In this document: positions 21,013 through 31,649 of the stretch, one piece after another
Layout: each line of letters begins with the position of its first letter
Position numbering within the stretch: position 1 is the stretch's first letter
Assembly (NCBI GenBank): GCA_019058245.1
Contig: JAHPZJ010000010.1
Coordinates: 64,001-128,000 of the forward strand
Reading direction: 5' to 3'
Length of the DNA stretch: 64,000 nt
From: Promethearchaeota archaeon
GTDB lineage: Archaea > Asgardarchaeota > Lokiarchaeia > Sigyniarchaeales > SOKP01
The notes under the pieces: model-generated
The model's input: the letters and a program-made list of their open reading frames with translations, nothing else
Database searches by the model: none
What the model was told of the DNA's origin: nothing
Position numbers and translations under genes: made by a program

Positions 21013-22017
21013 ATGGCTAAAGTATTTTTTATTTCAAAAAATAATGTTCGAGATGCTTGGTTGTCTGCTTTAGGTCAAATATTATATAATGGTGATGATA
21101 TTAAAACTGAGTATGATAAGCCAGAAGATCCTCCTTCTAAGGATGCTTCAGTTTTAATAGAAATAAAAGATCCTTTCAGTAGTCCTATAACACGAAAAGA
21201 TAAAACTCTAAAAATAAAATCTAAATTTGGCAACTCTTATGAAATCTATGGCAGTATAGCCGATACTTATTTAATAGGATCGATTCAAAGTGGTTATATT
21301 GAAGAGATTTTGGATGGAATAAATGATCATTATTTATTTGAGTCTGGAGCGAGTTTTCCATATTCTTATCATGATAGAATTTTCAATTATACTCCTTACG
21401 CTCTTGAGGATACTATCCACACCTATTATGATGTAGATTTTGTTGAAAGTGAATTTGTTAAAAAACATCAGAAGTTAATTAAAGCAGAAATGATAAAATT
21501 TTCAGAAGATAAGGTTATATGGAAATTAAAGAATGGTGTGGAATTTGAATTAGATAAAAATATTTCGCAGAGAATGGGAATAAAACAAATACCATTAGGT
21601 ATTCTTAATTTTCCAAGAATCAACCAAATTGAATATATTATAAATAAATTAAAAGAAAAACCATATAGTCGCCGAGCACAAGCAATAACTTGGAGACCAC
21701 TTATAGACCCCTTTCATGTAGATCCTCCTTGTTTGCAACGAATCTATATGCGAATTAAAGAAGGGAAGTTATTAATGCAGACAACATGGAGAAGTAGAGA
21801 TTTATTCAGAGCTTGGGAAGCTAATGTAAATGGAATGATTAGAATCCAAAAATATGTTGCTGAAAAATTAGATGTAGAAATTGGTCATTATTTGGATTTC
21901 AGCAATTCACTTCATATTTATGGAAGAACTATTTCTGAAGTAAAAGATATGCTAGAACGCATGAAAAGTAGAGGAGCATTACCTGAAGAAATTATTAATA
22001 AGATGGAAGGAGAATGA
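21013..22017 (+). CDS. thyA: archaeal-type thymidylate synthase (ThyA fold) with insertion
   Basis: YSYHDR, SRRAQAITW, DPPCLQ, WRSRD, SLHIY. Confidence 0.85.
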   Translation: MAKVFFISKNNVRDAWLSALGQILYNGDDIKTEYDKPEDPPSKDASVLIEIKDPFSSPITRKDKTLKIKSKFGNSYEIYGSIADTYLIGSIQSGYIEEILDGINDHYLFESGASFPYSYHDRIFNYTPYALEDTIHTYYDVDFVESEFVKKHQKLIKAEMIKFSEDKVIWKLKNGVEFELDKNISQRMGIKQIPLGILNFPRINQIEYIINKLKEKPYSRRAQAITWRPLIDPFHVDPPCLQRIYMRIKEGKLLMQTTWRSRDLFRAWEANVNGMIRIQKYVAEKLDVEIGHYLDFSNSLHIYGRTISEVKDMLERMKSRGALPEEIINKMEGE

Positions 22018-22048
22018 TATTCACAAAACACGTTTTTTAAATATAGTT

Positions 22049-22720
22049 TTAAGTTTCACGTAAATAATTCAAAGAAAAAATAACTAGGTTTGAAAGAAAA
22101 TCAATTATTTTTTCATCTGTATCAAATAATTCCATTATAGATAAATGATGATATAAAATCGCATTAATAAGATTATAAATAAAGATAAAAGTCTCAACTA
22201 ATTTTTTCTCAGGTATTTGCTTAAAGCTTTCATTTGTCATTCTTAATTCTTGTGCCATATTTTTGAAAAAAATAAAAACTTCCTTTTTCTGTGAATTAAG
22301 TAGGTTTTTATCAGATTGTATAGCAGATCTAAAAGCTATTATGTATCCTTTGTTTTCAAGATGATTCTTATATAATTCTAAAATAAAATGATTGAGGAAT
22401 TCTCTAATGTTTTTATTATTGACACTTATTAAATTAATTCTTTTAAAAAAGTGTTTCATTGATTCCTCAAAATATTTTCTTATTATATCTTCTTTTCCCT
22501 TAGGAAAATATTTATATATAGTACCTATACTAATTTTAGCTGATTTTGCTACATGATTGGTGCTTGTTTTATGATATCCCCTTTTTAAAATTAGTGTGAA
22601 AAATGTTTTATAAATCAAATCTATTTTTTCTTGTTTATTTCGTGAAAATTTTTTAGATGACATAATAATTACAATAAATGAGCAATTACTCATAAAGTTT
22701 ATAAGCGAGTAAATACTCAC
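22049..22720 (-). CDS. TetR/AcrR-family regulator
   Basis: GYHKTSTNHVAKSAKISIGTIYKYF; true start probably a downstream Met (MSSKK). Confidence 0.9.
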   Translation of the reverse strand: MSIYSLINFMSNCSFIVIIMSSKKFSRNKQEKIDLIYKTFFTLILKRGYHKTSTNHVAKSAKISIGTIYKYFPKGKEDIIRKYFEESMKHFFKRINLISVNNKNIREFLNHFILELYKNHLENKGYIIAFRSAIQSDKNLLNSQKKEVFIFFKNMAQELRMTNESFKQIPEKKLVETFIFIYNLINAILYHHLSIMELFDTDEKIIDFLSNLVIFSLNYLRET

Positions 22721-22753
22721 TTATTATAATATAATTAAAACAAATATTTAAAC

Positions 22754-23650
22754 ATGATTCAAGAAATTGTTACCGAATTTAATAAATCCAATAATCAAAA
22801 CGATGTTTCTAAAGTAGAAAGTATTATTTCTCCAATATTTTCTGGAAAAGATAAAGAGAGTAAGCAATTTCGCGAAAATATAAAGGGATTATTATTGGAT
22901 GCTATGAAAAATGCAGGAACTAATTCTTTTCAAAGAAATGCTTTTTGGTTTTATGTGAAAAAAACTATTACTAAAGGTTTAAAAAATGGAAAGCCAATAA
23001 TAGAAGTGGAAGAGAGTTTGCGAAATTTTATTAGAAAGCATGTGGATAGAGATAAAGATATTAAGTCTCAAGAATTCAAATTTGCTAAATTGAGGTTTGA
23101 AAATATTAAAAACTACATTGTAGGAGATAAAATACTCGATCTGGGTGCGGGAAATGGTCTTTTAGCTTTAGAAATTAAGAAACAGCTTAAAAAAGAGGTT
23201 TTATTGGTTGATATAATTGATTATAACTATACAGATCTTCCAATTATAATATTTAATCCTAAAGATCCTCTACCTATTGCTAATGAGGAAGTGGATACTA
23301 CTATTCTCTATTGTGTTTTGCATCATGCAAGTAATCCTGAACATTTATTGCATGAAGCAGCGAGAGTTACTAAAAGACGCTTAGTAATTAAAGAAAGCTA
23401 TATTGAGAAAGAGAATATCATGATAACTAATAGTTTTGTTGATTGGTTTTTTAATCGAGTGATTGGTGATGAAGATATAAATGTTCCACTTAATTTTCTT
23501 AAAATTAAATCATGGGAGACTCTTCTCAAATCATATGGTTTTACTGTAATTGAAACTAAATATGTTGGCACAGATGAGCCAGCAGTCCCGGAACATCATG
23601 TATTTATTATTGCTGAAAAATCTAATTCTATATATTCTAATTATCATTAA
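22754..23650 (+). CDS. class I SAM-dependent methyltransferase
   Basis: ILDLGAGNG, VLHH, L.EA.RV. Confidence 0.88.
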   Translation: MIQEIVTEFNKSNNQNDVSKVESIISPIFSGKDKESKQFRENIKGLLLDAMKNAGTNSFQRNAFWFYVKKTITKGLKNGKPIIEVEESLRNFIRKHVDRDKDIKSQEFKFAKLRFENIKNYIVGDKILDLGAGNGLLALEIKKQLKKEVLLVDIIDYNYTDLPIIIFNPKDPLPIANEEVDTTILYCVLHHASNPEHLLHEAARVTKRRLVIKESYIEKENIMITNSFVDWFFNRVIGDEDINVPLNFLKIKSWETLLKSYGFTVIETKYVGTDEPAVPEHHVFIIAEKSNSIYSNYH

Positions 23651-23678
23651 GTTGAATTTGAATATGGTTTTAAAGTTG

Positions 23679-24449
23679 TTAAAAAATTTTTGGGAAAATC
23701 TTTTGGGAATTCTTCTCTATTTGTTGTTCTAATTCTTTTGAATCAATGTTCTTTAGTTTAGAGATTGTATTTAAAACTTCTCGAATCATTGCTGGAGTGC
23801 CGATTTTTCCTGAATATTTAACAGGACCATCACTTTCAAGCAAAATAAATTCTTTTTCAACTTTTAAAACGGTATTTTTTACTGCTGGGGAATATGATAT
23901 TGCTGGAGTAATTGAGAAATAATAACCTCTGTCTATTCCCATATTTAAATATTGTTCAGGACCAGAATACCAATGAATATTTATATTAGGAATTGAATAT
24001 GATGGAAGTATATCAAATACAATTTTTTCAGCACCTTTAATATGCAAATTAACCGGTAATTCTAATTCTTGTGCTAGTGAAAGCATTTTTTCAAAAACTT
24101 CCTTTTGAAATGGATATAACTCCTTTTCTTTAATAAAGTGATGATCTAAACCAATTTCCCCTATTACACAAATTTTTTCTTTATTTTTTCTAATTATATC
24201 AATTGCTGAATCCAATTGTTTTTCTAGATCTCTATTCATTTTCACTTCTTCAGGATGGATTCCTAATGCGGGATATATAATATCATATTTATCAGAAATC
24301 TCTAAAATCCGTTCTAGACTAATTACACTCATTCCAACGGAGATTATTTTTCGAACTCCAGCATTTTTTGCTTCCTTAATAATCTCATCAATAACTAAAT
24401 AGAGATTAGCATGACAATGGATATCTATTAACATTCTATAAACCCTCAA
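23679..24449 (-). CDS. tatD: TatD-family hydrolase
   Basis: IDIHCH, GIHP, IGEIGLD, LPVNLH, LESDGP. Confidence 0.92.
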   Translation of the reverse strand: MRVYRMLIDIHCHANLYLVIDEIIKEAKNAGVRKIISVGMSVISLERILEISDKYDIIYPALGIHPEEVKMNRDLEKQLDSAIDIIRKNKEKICVIGEIGLDHHFIKEKELYPFQKEVFEKMLSLAQELELPVNLHIKGAEKIVFDILPSYSIPNINIHWYSGPEQYLNMGIDRGYYFSITPAISYSPAVKNTVLKVEKEFILLESDGPVKYSGKIGTPAMIREVLNTISKLKNIDSKELEQQIEKNSQKIFPKIF

Positions 24450-24480
24450 AAAAGCCTTGAAAACGTAAAAAGTAGGAAAG

Positions 24481-24819
24481 CTACATACTATTTACTTGCT
24501 CCCGTAGCAGAGCAATTTTTTTTACTAATTCAAATTTTCTTCTATAATTGTAATCCGCTGAATCTAAATGGTTTTGTAAAGATTCTAATTCCTTTAATAA
24601 TAGATTTTTATAGTCTAGTTTAGTAAAATGCCCTATATGTTCTGGGAGTGGTTCTATTATTGCTGCTCGTTTTGATCTTAAATCTGAAATTGCTTTTGCC
24701 ATTTGTGATTGAAATCCTTTTGCTTGAGTAGGATCTATATGTTCTAATGTATCAAATGAATCTTTCAAACCATCGATGAAAGCTTCTAAATCTTCAATAT
24801 CAATTTTATCTTTTGCCAT
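24481..24819 (-). CDS. hypothetical helical protein
   Basis: 112-aa ORF upstream of tatD. Confidence 0.7.
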   Translation of the reverse strand: MAKDKIDIEDLEAFIDGLKDSFDTLEHIDPTQAKGFQSQMAKAISDLRSKRAAIIEPLPEHIGHFTKLDYKNLLLKELESLQNHLDSADYNYRRKFELVKKIALLREQVNSM

Positions 24820-25071
24820 ATAAAATCGAGGAAAATCTTATTTTATAAAAATATAAGTTCTAGAAAGAAATTAAATATTTATTATTGTTTATTTATGTCA
24901 AAAATACAATTTGTTCCTACATAAACCAATAGTTACTAATTAAAATTAATGATAAAAATTAAAAAAGAAGATATAATCAATATGTTGATGTTTCTCTCTG
25001 AAATGAATGGTTTATATGGATTAAATAAATATTTAAAATTCTATAAAAAATACGTTAATCAAATTTAAAAT

Positions 25072-26994
25072 TTGTTAGGTGGTCTTTTGTCATATAAATC
25101 TAATCAAGATACTTCTAATTTGTTAAAGCAATATCAAGAGAAAAAGGTATCTTTAGATGATGCAATTAAAAAGTATATTAAGCCAGGTGTTCGGATTTTT
25201 ATCGATTCTGGTTGTTCTGAACCTATCGATCTTACCAAAAAATTAATTGATCTTGGAATAGAACTTCCTGATGTTGAGATATTACACTTTCTTAGTCTAA
25301 GTGATTTAGATTACTATGAAACTGCTGGTAGTATAGAAGATTTGTTCAGACATAATGCATTTTTCATTGGAAAATCATTACGTAAATATGTTGATGCTGG
25401 TCAAGCAGATTATACTCCAATGCTTCTTTCCGAGATTCCAAAATTATTTAAATCTGGAAGAATGCATTTAGATACAGCTTTAATCCAAGTAAGTCCACCA
25501 GATCGTTATGGTTTTTGTAGTTTTGGAATTAATGTTGATATTGTTAAGCCAATTGCAGAATCAGCGGATTATGTGGTGGCAGAGATCAATCCAAAAATGC
25601 CCCGCACTTTGGGTGATTCATTTATTCATATGAATGACATTGATGCATTTGTAGTGAGTAATCATGAAATAATTGAATTTAATTATGGTAAACTTGATGA
25701 TACTTCTACGAGGATTGCTAAATTTGTCGCTTCCTTAGTTGAAGATGAATCTACTATTCAGATGGGAATAGGGCAAATTCCTAATGCAGTTACTCAGCAA
25801 TTAATGGAAAAAAAAGATTTAGGTGTTCACAGTGAAGTATTTTCCGATGGAATTGTAGATTTAGTAGAAAGCGGTGTAGTTACATGTAAAAAAAAGACGT
25901 TACATAAAGATAAGATTATATGCTCATTTGTTATGGGCTCTAAGAAATTATATGATTTTGTTGACGATAACCCTATGGTGGAATTCCATCCATGTGATTA
26001 CACCAATAATCCCTCTATAATAAGTCAAAATAAAAAACAGGTAGCTATAAATGCTGCGTTAAGTGTTGATCTCACTGGACAAGTGAATTCAGATTCTATA
26101 GGTTATCGTTTTTATAGTGGAATTGGAGGTCAAGTGGATTTTATCAGAGGTGCAGGCAGATCGATAGATGGTAAACCAATTATGACTTTACCTTCTACTG
26201 TGACTTTAAAAGATGGTACTGTGGTGTCTCGAATAGTTCCTTATCTTCAACCAGGTTCAGGAGTAGTAATTACAAGAGGAGATATTCACTATGTAGTAAC
26301 AGAATGGGGTATAGCATCTCTCTATGGAAAAAGTATTAGAGAAAGAGTTCTGGAAATGATAAACATAGCACATCCTGATTTTAGGGAAGAATTACTTGAG
26401 CATGCGAAAAAATGGAAGTATATTTATTCAGACCAAAAATTGCCAATCTCGATTGATGGAAGAATAAGTATTTATCCAGAAAAATATGAAACTACTCTAA
26501 ATCTTAAAAATGGAAAAACAATTAAAATACGACCAGTAAAACCAACAGATGAAAGAATGATTCAAGAACTTCATTATTCTTTGGATGAAAAAGATAGATA
26601 TTTGAGATTTTTCACCCCTATGAAAGATTTTCGACATACAAAAATCCAACCAATGGTAAATATTGATTACTCTACAGATATGATTTTGGTATGTGAATTT
26701 AGTGAAAAGGAAGAAGAACAAATAATTGGGTTAGGTGCATTTTTTAAAACAATTAAGCCTTCTATTGCAGAGTTAGCATTTGTAATTCATAAAAATTGGA
26801 GAAGTTTAGGAATATCTAAGTTTTTATTGAATTATTTGGTACAAATTGGAAAAGAACTTAATTATAGAACATTTACAGGTTCGATTTTACTTGAAAATAA
26901 ACCAATGCTTCATATAATTAATAACTCAGGATATTTACTAAAACTTAAAAGGATTGAGGGGGGAGTTACAAATTTCGCATTTGATCTTTCTTAA
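25072..26994 (+). CDS. acetyl-CoA hydrolase/CoA-transferase fused to C-terminal GNAT domain
   Basis: IQMGIGQIP, GVHSE, DLTGQV, SGIGGQVDF, VVTEWG; then IRPVKPTD, RYLRFF, AELAFVI. Confidence 0.92.
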   Translation: MLGGLLSYKSNQDTSNLLKQYQEKKVSLDDAIKKYIKPGVRIFIDSGCSEPIDLTKKLIDLGIELPDVEILHFLSLSDLDYYETAGSIEDLFRHNAFFIGKSLRKYVDAGQADYTPMLLSEIPKLFKSGRMHLDTALIQVSPPDRYGFCSFGINVDIVKPIAESADYVVAEINPKMPRTLGDSFIHMNDIDAFVVSNHEIIEFNYGKLDDTSTRIAKFVASLVEDESTIQMGIGQIPNAVTQQLMEKKDLGVHSEVFSDGIVDLVESGVVTCKKKTLHKDKIICSFVMGSKKLYDFVDDNPMVEFHPCDYTNNPSIISQNKKQVAINAALSVDLTGQVNSDSIGYRFYSGIGGQVDFIRGAGRSIDGKPIMTLPSTVTLKDGTVVSRIVPYLQPGSGVVITRGDIHYVVTEWGIASLYGKSIRERVLEMINIAHPDFREELLEHAKKWKYIYSDQKLPISIDGRISIYPEKYETTLNLKNGKTIKIRPVKPTDERMIQELHYSLDEKDRYLRFFTPMKDFRHTKIQPMVNIDYSTDMILVCEFSEKEEEQIIGLGAFFKTIKPSIAELAFVIHKNWRSLGISKFLLNYLVQIGKELNYRTFTGSILLENKPMLHIINNSGYLLKLKRIEGGVTNFAFDLS

Positions 26995-27088
26995 TCAAAT
27001 ATTTGGAAAAGGAATTATATTATAAAATCAATAAGTTCATTTTTATATTCTTTTTATTGTTAATTACTAAGCAATTCTCCATGATTGT

Positions 27089-27970
27089 ATGTCAAAATTA
27101 AGTGAGAAAATATTTATCAATGATTTTCATAAGGTATATAAAGAAAAAGGTTTAACCTTAGAAATAATTGAATTATTCAAGAAAATTATTTATGATTATT
27201 ATAGAAATCATAAGAGAAAATTTCCTTTTAGGGAAAGAGTTACGCCTTATAATGTTCTTGTTTCTGAAATTATGCTCCAACAGACCCAAACTGGAAGAGT
27301 TGTCGAAAAATTTTTGAAATTCATACAAAAGTTTCCAGATTTTTTAACATTATCTTCAGCTTCGCTTGAAGAAGTTCTCGGAATATGGAAAGGCTTAGGT
27401 TATAATAGAAGAGCAATAGCTTTAAAAAAAATTGCAGAAATTGTTATTAATGATTTCAATGGAAAATTACCCGATTCTCTTGAAATTTTAAAATCTTTTC
27501 CACAAATAGGACATAATACAGCTTCCTCTATATTAGCATTTGCTTTTAATAAAGCTGTGTTTTTTATTGAAACAAATATAAGAAGAGTATACATTTACTT
27601 TTTTTTTCCTGATAAAAATAAAATCGAGGATAAAGAGATAATGAGTATAATAAAAAAGACAATAGACAATAATAATCCTCGTAAGTGGTATTATGCCTTA
27701 ATGGATTATGGTGTTATGTTAAAAAAAACTCATCCTGAAATAAATAAAAGAAGTGTTCTTTATAGAAAACAATCACCATTTAAAGGATCAACAAGGCAAG
27801 TCAGAGGAAAAATCCTAAAACTATTAATTAATGAGGGACCGATGGAAATTACTAAAATTCAAGAGCGTTCTAAAATTTTGGATAAAGAGAGAATAAAAAA
27901 AATACTCGTTCAATTAAAACAAGAAGGATTCATCGAGAGTAGAGATGGTATTGTAAAAATTGCTAAATAA
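27089..27970 (+). CDS. mutY: A/G-specific adenine glycosylase (cluster-less MutY-like)
   Basis: PYNVLVSEIMLQQTQ, WKGLGYNRRA, HhH IGHNTA, ALMDYG; no C-terminal Cys cluster. Confidence 0.88.
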   Translation: MSKLSEKIFINDFHKVYKEKGLTLEIIELFKKIIYDYYRNHKRKFPFRERVTPYNVLVSEIMLQQTQTGRVVEKFLKFIQKFPDFLTLSSASLEEVLGIWKGLGYNRRAIALKKIAEIVINDFNGKLPDSLEILKSFPQIGHNTASSILAFAFNKAVFFIETNIRRVYIYFFFPDKNKIEDKEIMSIIKKTIDNNNPRKWYYALMDYGVMLKKTHPEINKRSVLYRKQSPFKGSTRQVRGKILKLLINEGPMEITKIQERSKILDKERIKKILVQLKQEGFIESRDGIVKIAK

Positions 27971-27976
27971 ATAGAT

Positions 27977-29293
27977 TTATTTCAATTTCTTAGTTTTTAT
28001 ATAATTAGCTATTTTAATAGCGACACTTTCTTGTCTCTTCCAATCTCCAAATGCATTTCCTTTTGAGATAAGGGAAATGATCTCCTTTTTATAGTGATCT
28101 TTTATTCTACTAACAGATTTCTTTTCAAAGGGTGTCTGAGGTAAGGGAATAAAAGAATGAGCATGTATTCGTGCTCCCATACTTGATAATGATTTCATCA
28201 TTTCTATCGTAAGGTTCATATCTTCTTCATTTTCTCCTGGTAACCCGAAAATGAAGTCAAGATTAATCTTTAAATTATTTTTTAAAGTTAAATCTACAGC
28301 ATGATATATATCTTCTACAGTATGTCCTCTATGACATAAGTTTAAGATCTTTTGACTGCCTGATTGTACACCTATAGTTATATTATCATTATCAGCATAT
28401 TTTAAAACTAAAGCTAATGTATCATTCGTGACATGTTCTGGTCGTACTTCTGAGGGAAATGTGCCTAAAAATAATCTTCCTTTTTTACCAATTACTTTTC
28501 TTACATTAATAAGTAGAGTTTCAAGTCTCTTCAAATTTAAATTCATTCCATCAATAGAACCATATGAAAACGCATTAGGTGTAATAAATCTTATATCCGT
28601 ATTATCCCCATAATAATTTTTTAATTCTTTAACATATCTGCATATAGCATCAATACTTCTATGGCGAGGTGTGGTTCCTAAAATATAAGGTGTTTGACAG
28701 AAATAACATACATAGGGGCATCCTCTCGTGATCTCAATTGCTCCAAACCTAATATTTTTTACAGGAAATGGCGGATAATTATCTAAATTAATAAAATCTC
28801 TTTTACCTGTGAAAATATATTCCTTGTTTTCATTTAAATAAGCAATTCCCTTGATCATAGAATATTCTTCATTGTTGATAATAATTCGCATAAGTTCTAT
28901 TATAGTTTCTTCACCTTCACCAACCACAACAAAATCAAATCCCATTTTTAGAGTCCCATAGGGATCTCCTGTAGGATGAGAACCACCAGCAATAATCAAT
29001 AATCTTTTAGTAAATTTTTTTTTCAATCTTTGAACTAATTCATAGCTTTCAAAAAGTTGAATAGTAGAAAAAGAAATTGCTAACACAATTTGATCATATT
29101 TTTCAAATATTCCTTTAAGTGTCAAGAAAATCTCATTTATAGTCTGAACAAAGTAAAAATCGATACTCTCAAATATTGCATCTGTTTCAAGTGCACCAGC
29201 AATAGCATTTAAACTATAAAAATTTTGCTTATGATAATAAATTAGAAAAGCGATTTTTTTCAAAGAGGAATTACCAAAATAATATATTTCCAA
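27977..29293 (-). CDS. B12-binding-domain radical SAM protein
   Basis: GGSHPT, GEGE, EITRGCPYVCYFCQTP. Confidence 0.9.
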   Translation of the reverse strand: MEIYYFGNSSLKKIAFLIYYHKQNFYSLNAIAGALETDAIFESIDFYFVQTINEIFLTLKGIFEKYDQIVLAISFSTIQLFESYELVQRLKKKFTKRLLIIAGGSHPTGDPYGTLKMGFDFVVVGEGEETIIELMRIIINNEEYSMIKGIAYLNENKEYIFTGKRDFINLDNYPPFPVKNIRFGAIEITRGCPYVCYFCQTPYILGTTPRHRSIDAICRYVKELKNYYGDNTDIRFITPNAFSYGSIDGMNLNLKRLETLLINVRKVIGKKGRLFLGTFPSEVRPEHVTNDTLALVLKYADNDNITIGVQSGSQKILNLCHRGHTVEDIYHAVDLTLKNNLKINLDFIFGLPGENEEDMNLTIEMMKSLSSMGARIHAHSFIPLPQTPFEKKSVSRIKDHYKKEIISLISKGNAFGDWKRQESVAIKIANYIKTKKLK

Positions 29294-29461
29294 TAATTTA
29301 AAATTATATAATAAAATATTTTGTAAATTTTATGTATAATTCATTATTTTAACATTAAATGTATTTTTCACATAAAAGCTAAACTCCGATGATTATTTAA
29401 ATTCATCTTTATATTATTATTTCAAGATTAAATCAAAAAGAAAAGGTAAAGAACGATAATA

Positions 29462-29926
29462 ATGTTATTCAGTGAATTATTTGCCACGCAAATTGATGAA
29501 GTTGGAATTTCATGGTTTGATTTCTATTCTATAGGGCATATTTGTTTAGGAATTGGTCTCTTTCTATTCTGGTCCTTATTTTATACAATTCCAAAAAAAA
29601 AAGGGAGAGTACCAATTTTTTCACTTTTGTTTGTTTTTATTCTTACTGTTATATTCGCAATAATTTGGGAGATCATTGAACATGTTATATTCCTCAATCT
29701 TGGATTGAAATTTGAAGATAGACCTGATAGTTGGCAAAATATGACCACTGACGTAATATTATGCGTAGTTGGCGGTCTTGGAACTTGGCTTTTTGCTTAC
29801 TTAATATTTGAAAAAGATAAAAGTGTAATTGGCTATTACATTTTTGGGATTATTGGATTTGGTGTTTGGATTGGCATTTTCATAATTCTGAGATATTTAA
29901 CTCTACATAACTCACCAATTATATAA
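29462..29926 (+). CDS. membrane protein (DUF2238/VanZ-like H...WE...D pattern)
   Basis: 4 TM segments; D.YSIGH, WEIIE, NMTTD. Confidence 0.7.
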   Translation: MLFSELFATQIDEVGISWFDFYSIGHICLGIGLFLFWSLFYTIPKKKGRVPIFSLLFVFILTVIFAIIWEIIEHVIFLNLGLKFEDRPDSWQNMTTDVILCVVGGLGTWLFAYLIFEKDKSVIGYYIFGIIGFGVWIGIFIILRYLTLHNSPII

Positions 29927-29962
29927 TATATTTTTTATTCTATAATTTATATTCCTTATAAA

Positions 29963-30721
29963 ATGTCTGATCTTAGTGAGTTTATTGAATATCAAGAAGG
30001 TAATATACCATTAATTATCTCAGTTCCGCATGGAGGAATATTAGAATGTAATTCTATACCTAATAGAAAATCAGGAGTTTTAGGAATTGATAAAAACACT
30101 ATAGAATTTTCTAGAAATCTTATATCCCAAATCAGTCGAAGATTTAAAGAGAAAAATTTAGAAGAAAAAAATCCTTATTACATTTTTTCATTGATCAGGA
30201 GAAGTAAAATCGATTTAAACCGCTTTAAAAAAGACGCATATAATCAAGAATCATTTCTAGCTAAGGAAATCTATAATTTCTATCACTCCAAAATCAAATA
30301 TTGGGTATTAAATAATATAAAGTGGTATAAACATTCATTCTTGATAGATATTCACGGTTTTGAAAAATATAATCGTCCTCCTGGATTTCGAGATGTTGAT
30401 ATAATTTTAGGTACTAATAATTTAGAATCATTCTTTCCTGAATCAATTCCGAAAAGAAATTGGGGAAATAATATCCGCGGGAAAATTATTCAAAAATTTC
30501 TGGAATTTGACATATCGATTGCTCCAGGTCATCCAAGAAGGAGAGAATATGTTTTAACTGGAGGTTATATAACACAAACTTATGGTGCTTCTCATATTCC
30601 AAAAAGTCAGACAATTCAGATTGAAATCTCTGACAGAATAAGAATACATAATATAGAATTAAGAAAAATTGCTACTAAAATATTAGTTGATATTTTATTT
30701 GAGAATTTAAAGGATTTTTAA
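29963..30721 (+). CDS. N-formylglutamate amidohydrolase-like protein
   Basis: PLIISVPHGG, IDLNR, IDIHG, GGYIT..YG, IQIE. Confidence 0.82.
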   Translation: MSDLSEFIEYQEGNIPLIISVPHGGILECNSIPNRKSGVLGIDKNTIEFSRNLISQISRRFKEKNLEEKNPYYIFSLIRRSKIDLNRFKKDAYNQESFLAKEIYNFYHSKIKYWVLNNIKWYKHSFLIDIHGFEKYNRPPGFRDVDIILGTNNLESFFPESIPKRNWGNNIRGKIIQKFLEFDISIAPGHPRRREYVLTGGYITQTYGASHIPKSQTIQIEISDRIRIHNIELRKIATKILVDILFENLKDF

Positions 30722-30736
30722 AGCTCTTATTAAGCT

Positions 30737-31336
30737 TTAACTGTGTAGTGATATGATTCTTCTAGCAATTCGATTAATAAATTTACTCTGCTGAATTTTG
30801 CAGATATGGGCAACTTTTTTGTAATTAAAGGATTCTGCTAATGTATCTAGGTATGAGATATTATATAAAATTGAAATATTTCTATCATTTTTCATGAATA
30901 GCATATCTAATTCTTTCTTAATTACAGATTCATGAATATTTAATTTCTTTAAAATCCTTTTTTTTATTTCTCTGATAGCTTCTTCAAAATTAAGATCTCT
31001 TATGCTAGATATAATAGAATTTAATACAAGGGTGTAAATAATAACTGTGTTAATATTTTCAGCCTCCTTTACAGATTCAAATTTAAACTGAAGGTCTTGA
31101 TATATTTCTCTTACAAAATTTTCATCAATCCCTTTTATTTTTCTAAAGAGCTTAAGAAATTCCAAATATTTTCCTTCTAAAAATAAATTTAAATTTTGAT
31201 TGAATATATCCTTAAATTTCCTTATAATTTGTCCTGAGTTACTTATTTTAAGGGATATTTCGGGTGTCCTACCAGTAATGATATCTTTTCCTTTATAGAA
31301 TTGTTGATTTATAAGGTTTTCTGTTCCTTCATACAA
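30737..31336 (-). CDS. hypothetical protein
   Basis: 199-aa ORF, no motif. Confidence 0.7.
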   Translation of the reverse strand: MYEGTENLINQQFYKGKDIITGRTPEISLKISNSGQIIRKFKDIFNQNLNLFLEGKYLEFLKLFRKIKGIDENFVREIYQDLQFKFESVKEAENINTVIIYTLVLNSIISSIRDLNFEEAIREIKKRILKKLNIHESVIKKELDMLFMKNDRNISILYNISYLDTLAESFNYKKVAHICKIQQSKFINRIARRIISLHS

Positions 31337-31649
31337 TTGTTCTAAGACATTTTTTATGGTATAACACCTATACTAAAATTTGTCAATATTTATCTTAATC
31401 AAATAATAAAAACGCATAGATTTAATTCTTTTCATCATCTTATTAAATTTTTTAAAAATAAATTTTAAGTTGAAATATTATAAGAGTAATACAGTCTCTA
31501 TAAGGTTTTTACTCCACCCTTATATTAAATAACATAGGTTTTTTTAATTTAAACCAAAAAAAAGAATAATTTAAGATTGAAACTGAAAATTAATAAAAAA
31601 AAAGAAGATTTCTTTGAAAGCTTATAGGTTGTGGCTAGATGATGATTAT

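Noticed and set aside
21391-21618. Intein or in-frame intron in thyA
   Set aside because: No intein terminal residues (His-Asn followed by Cys/Ser/Thr) and no BHB found at the borders.
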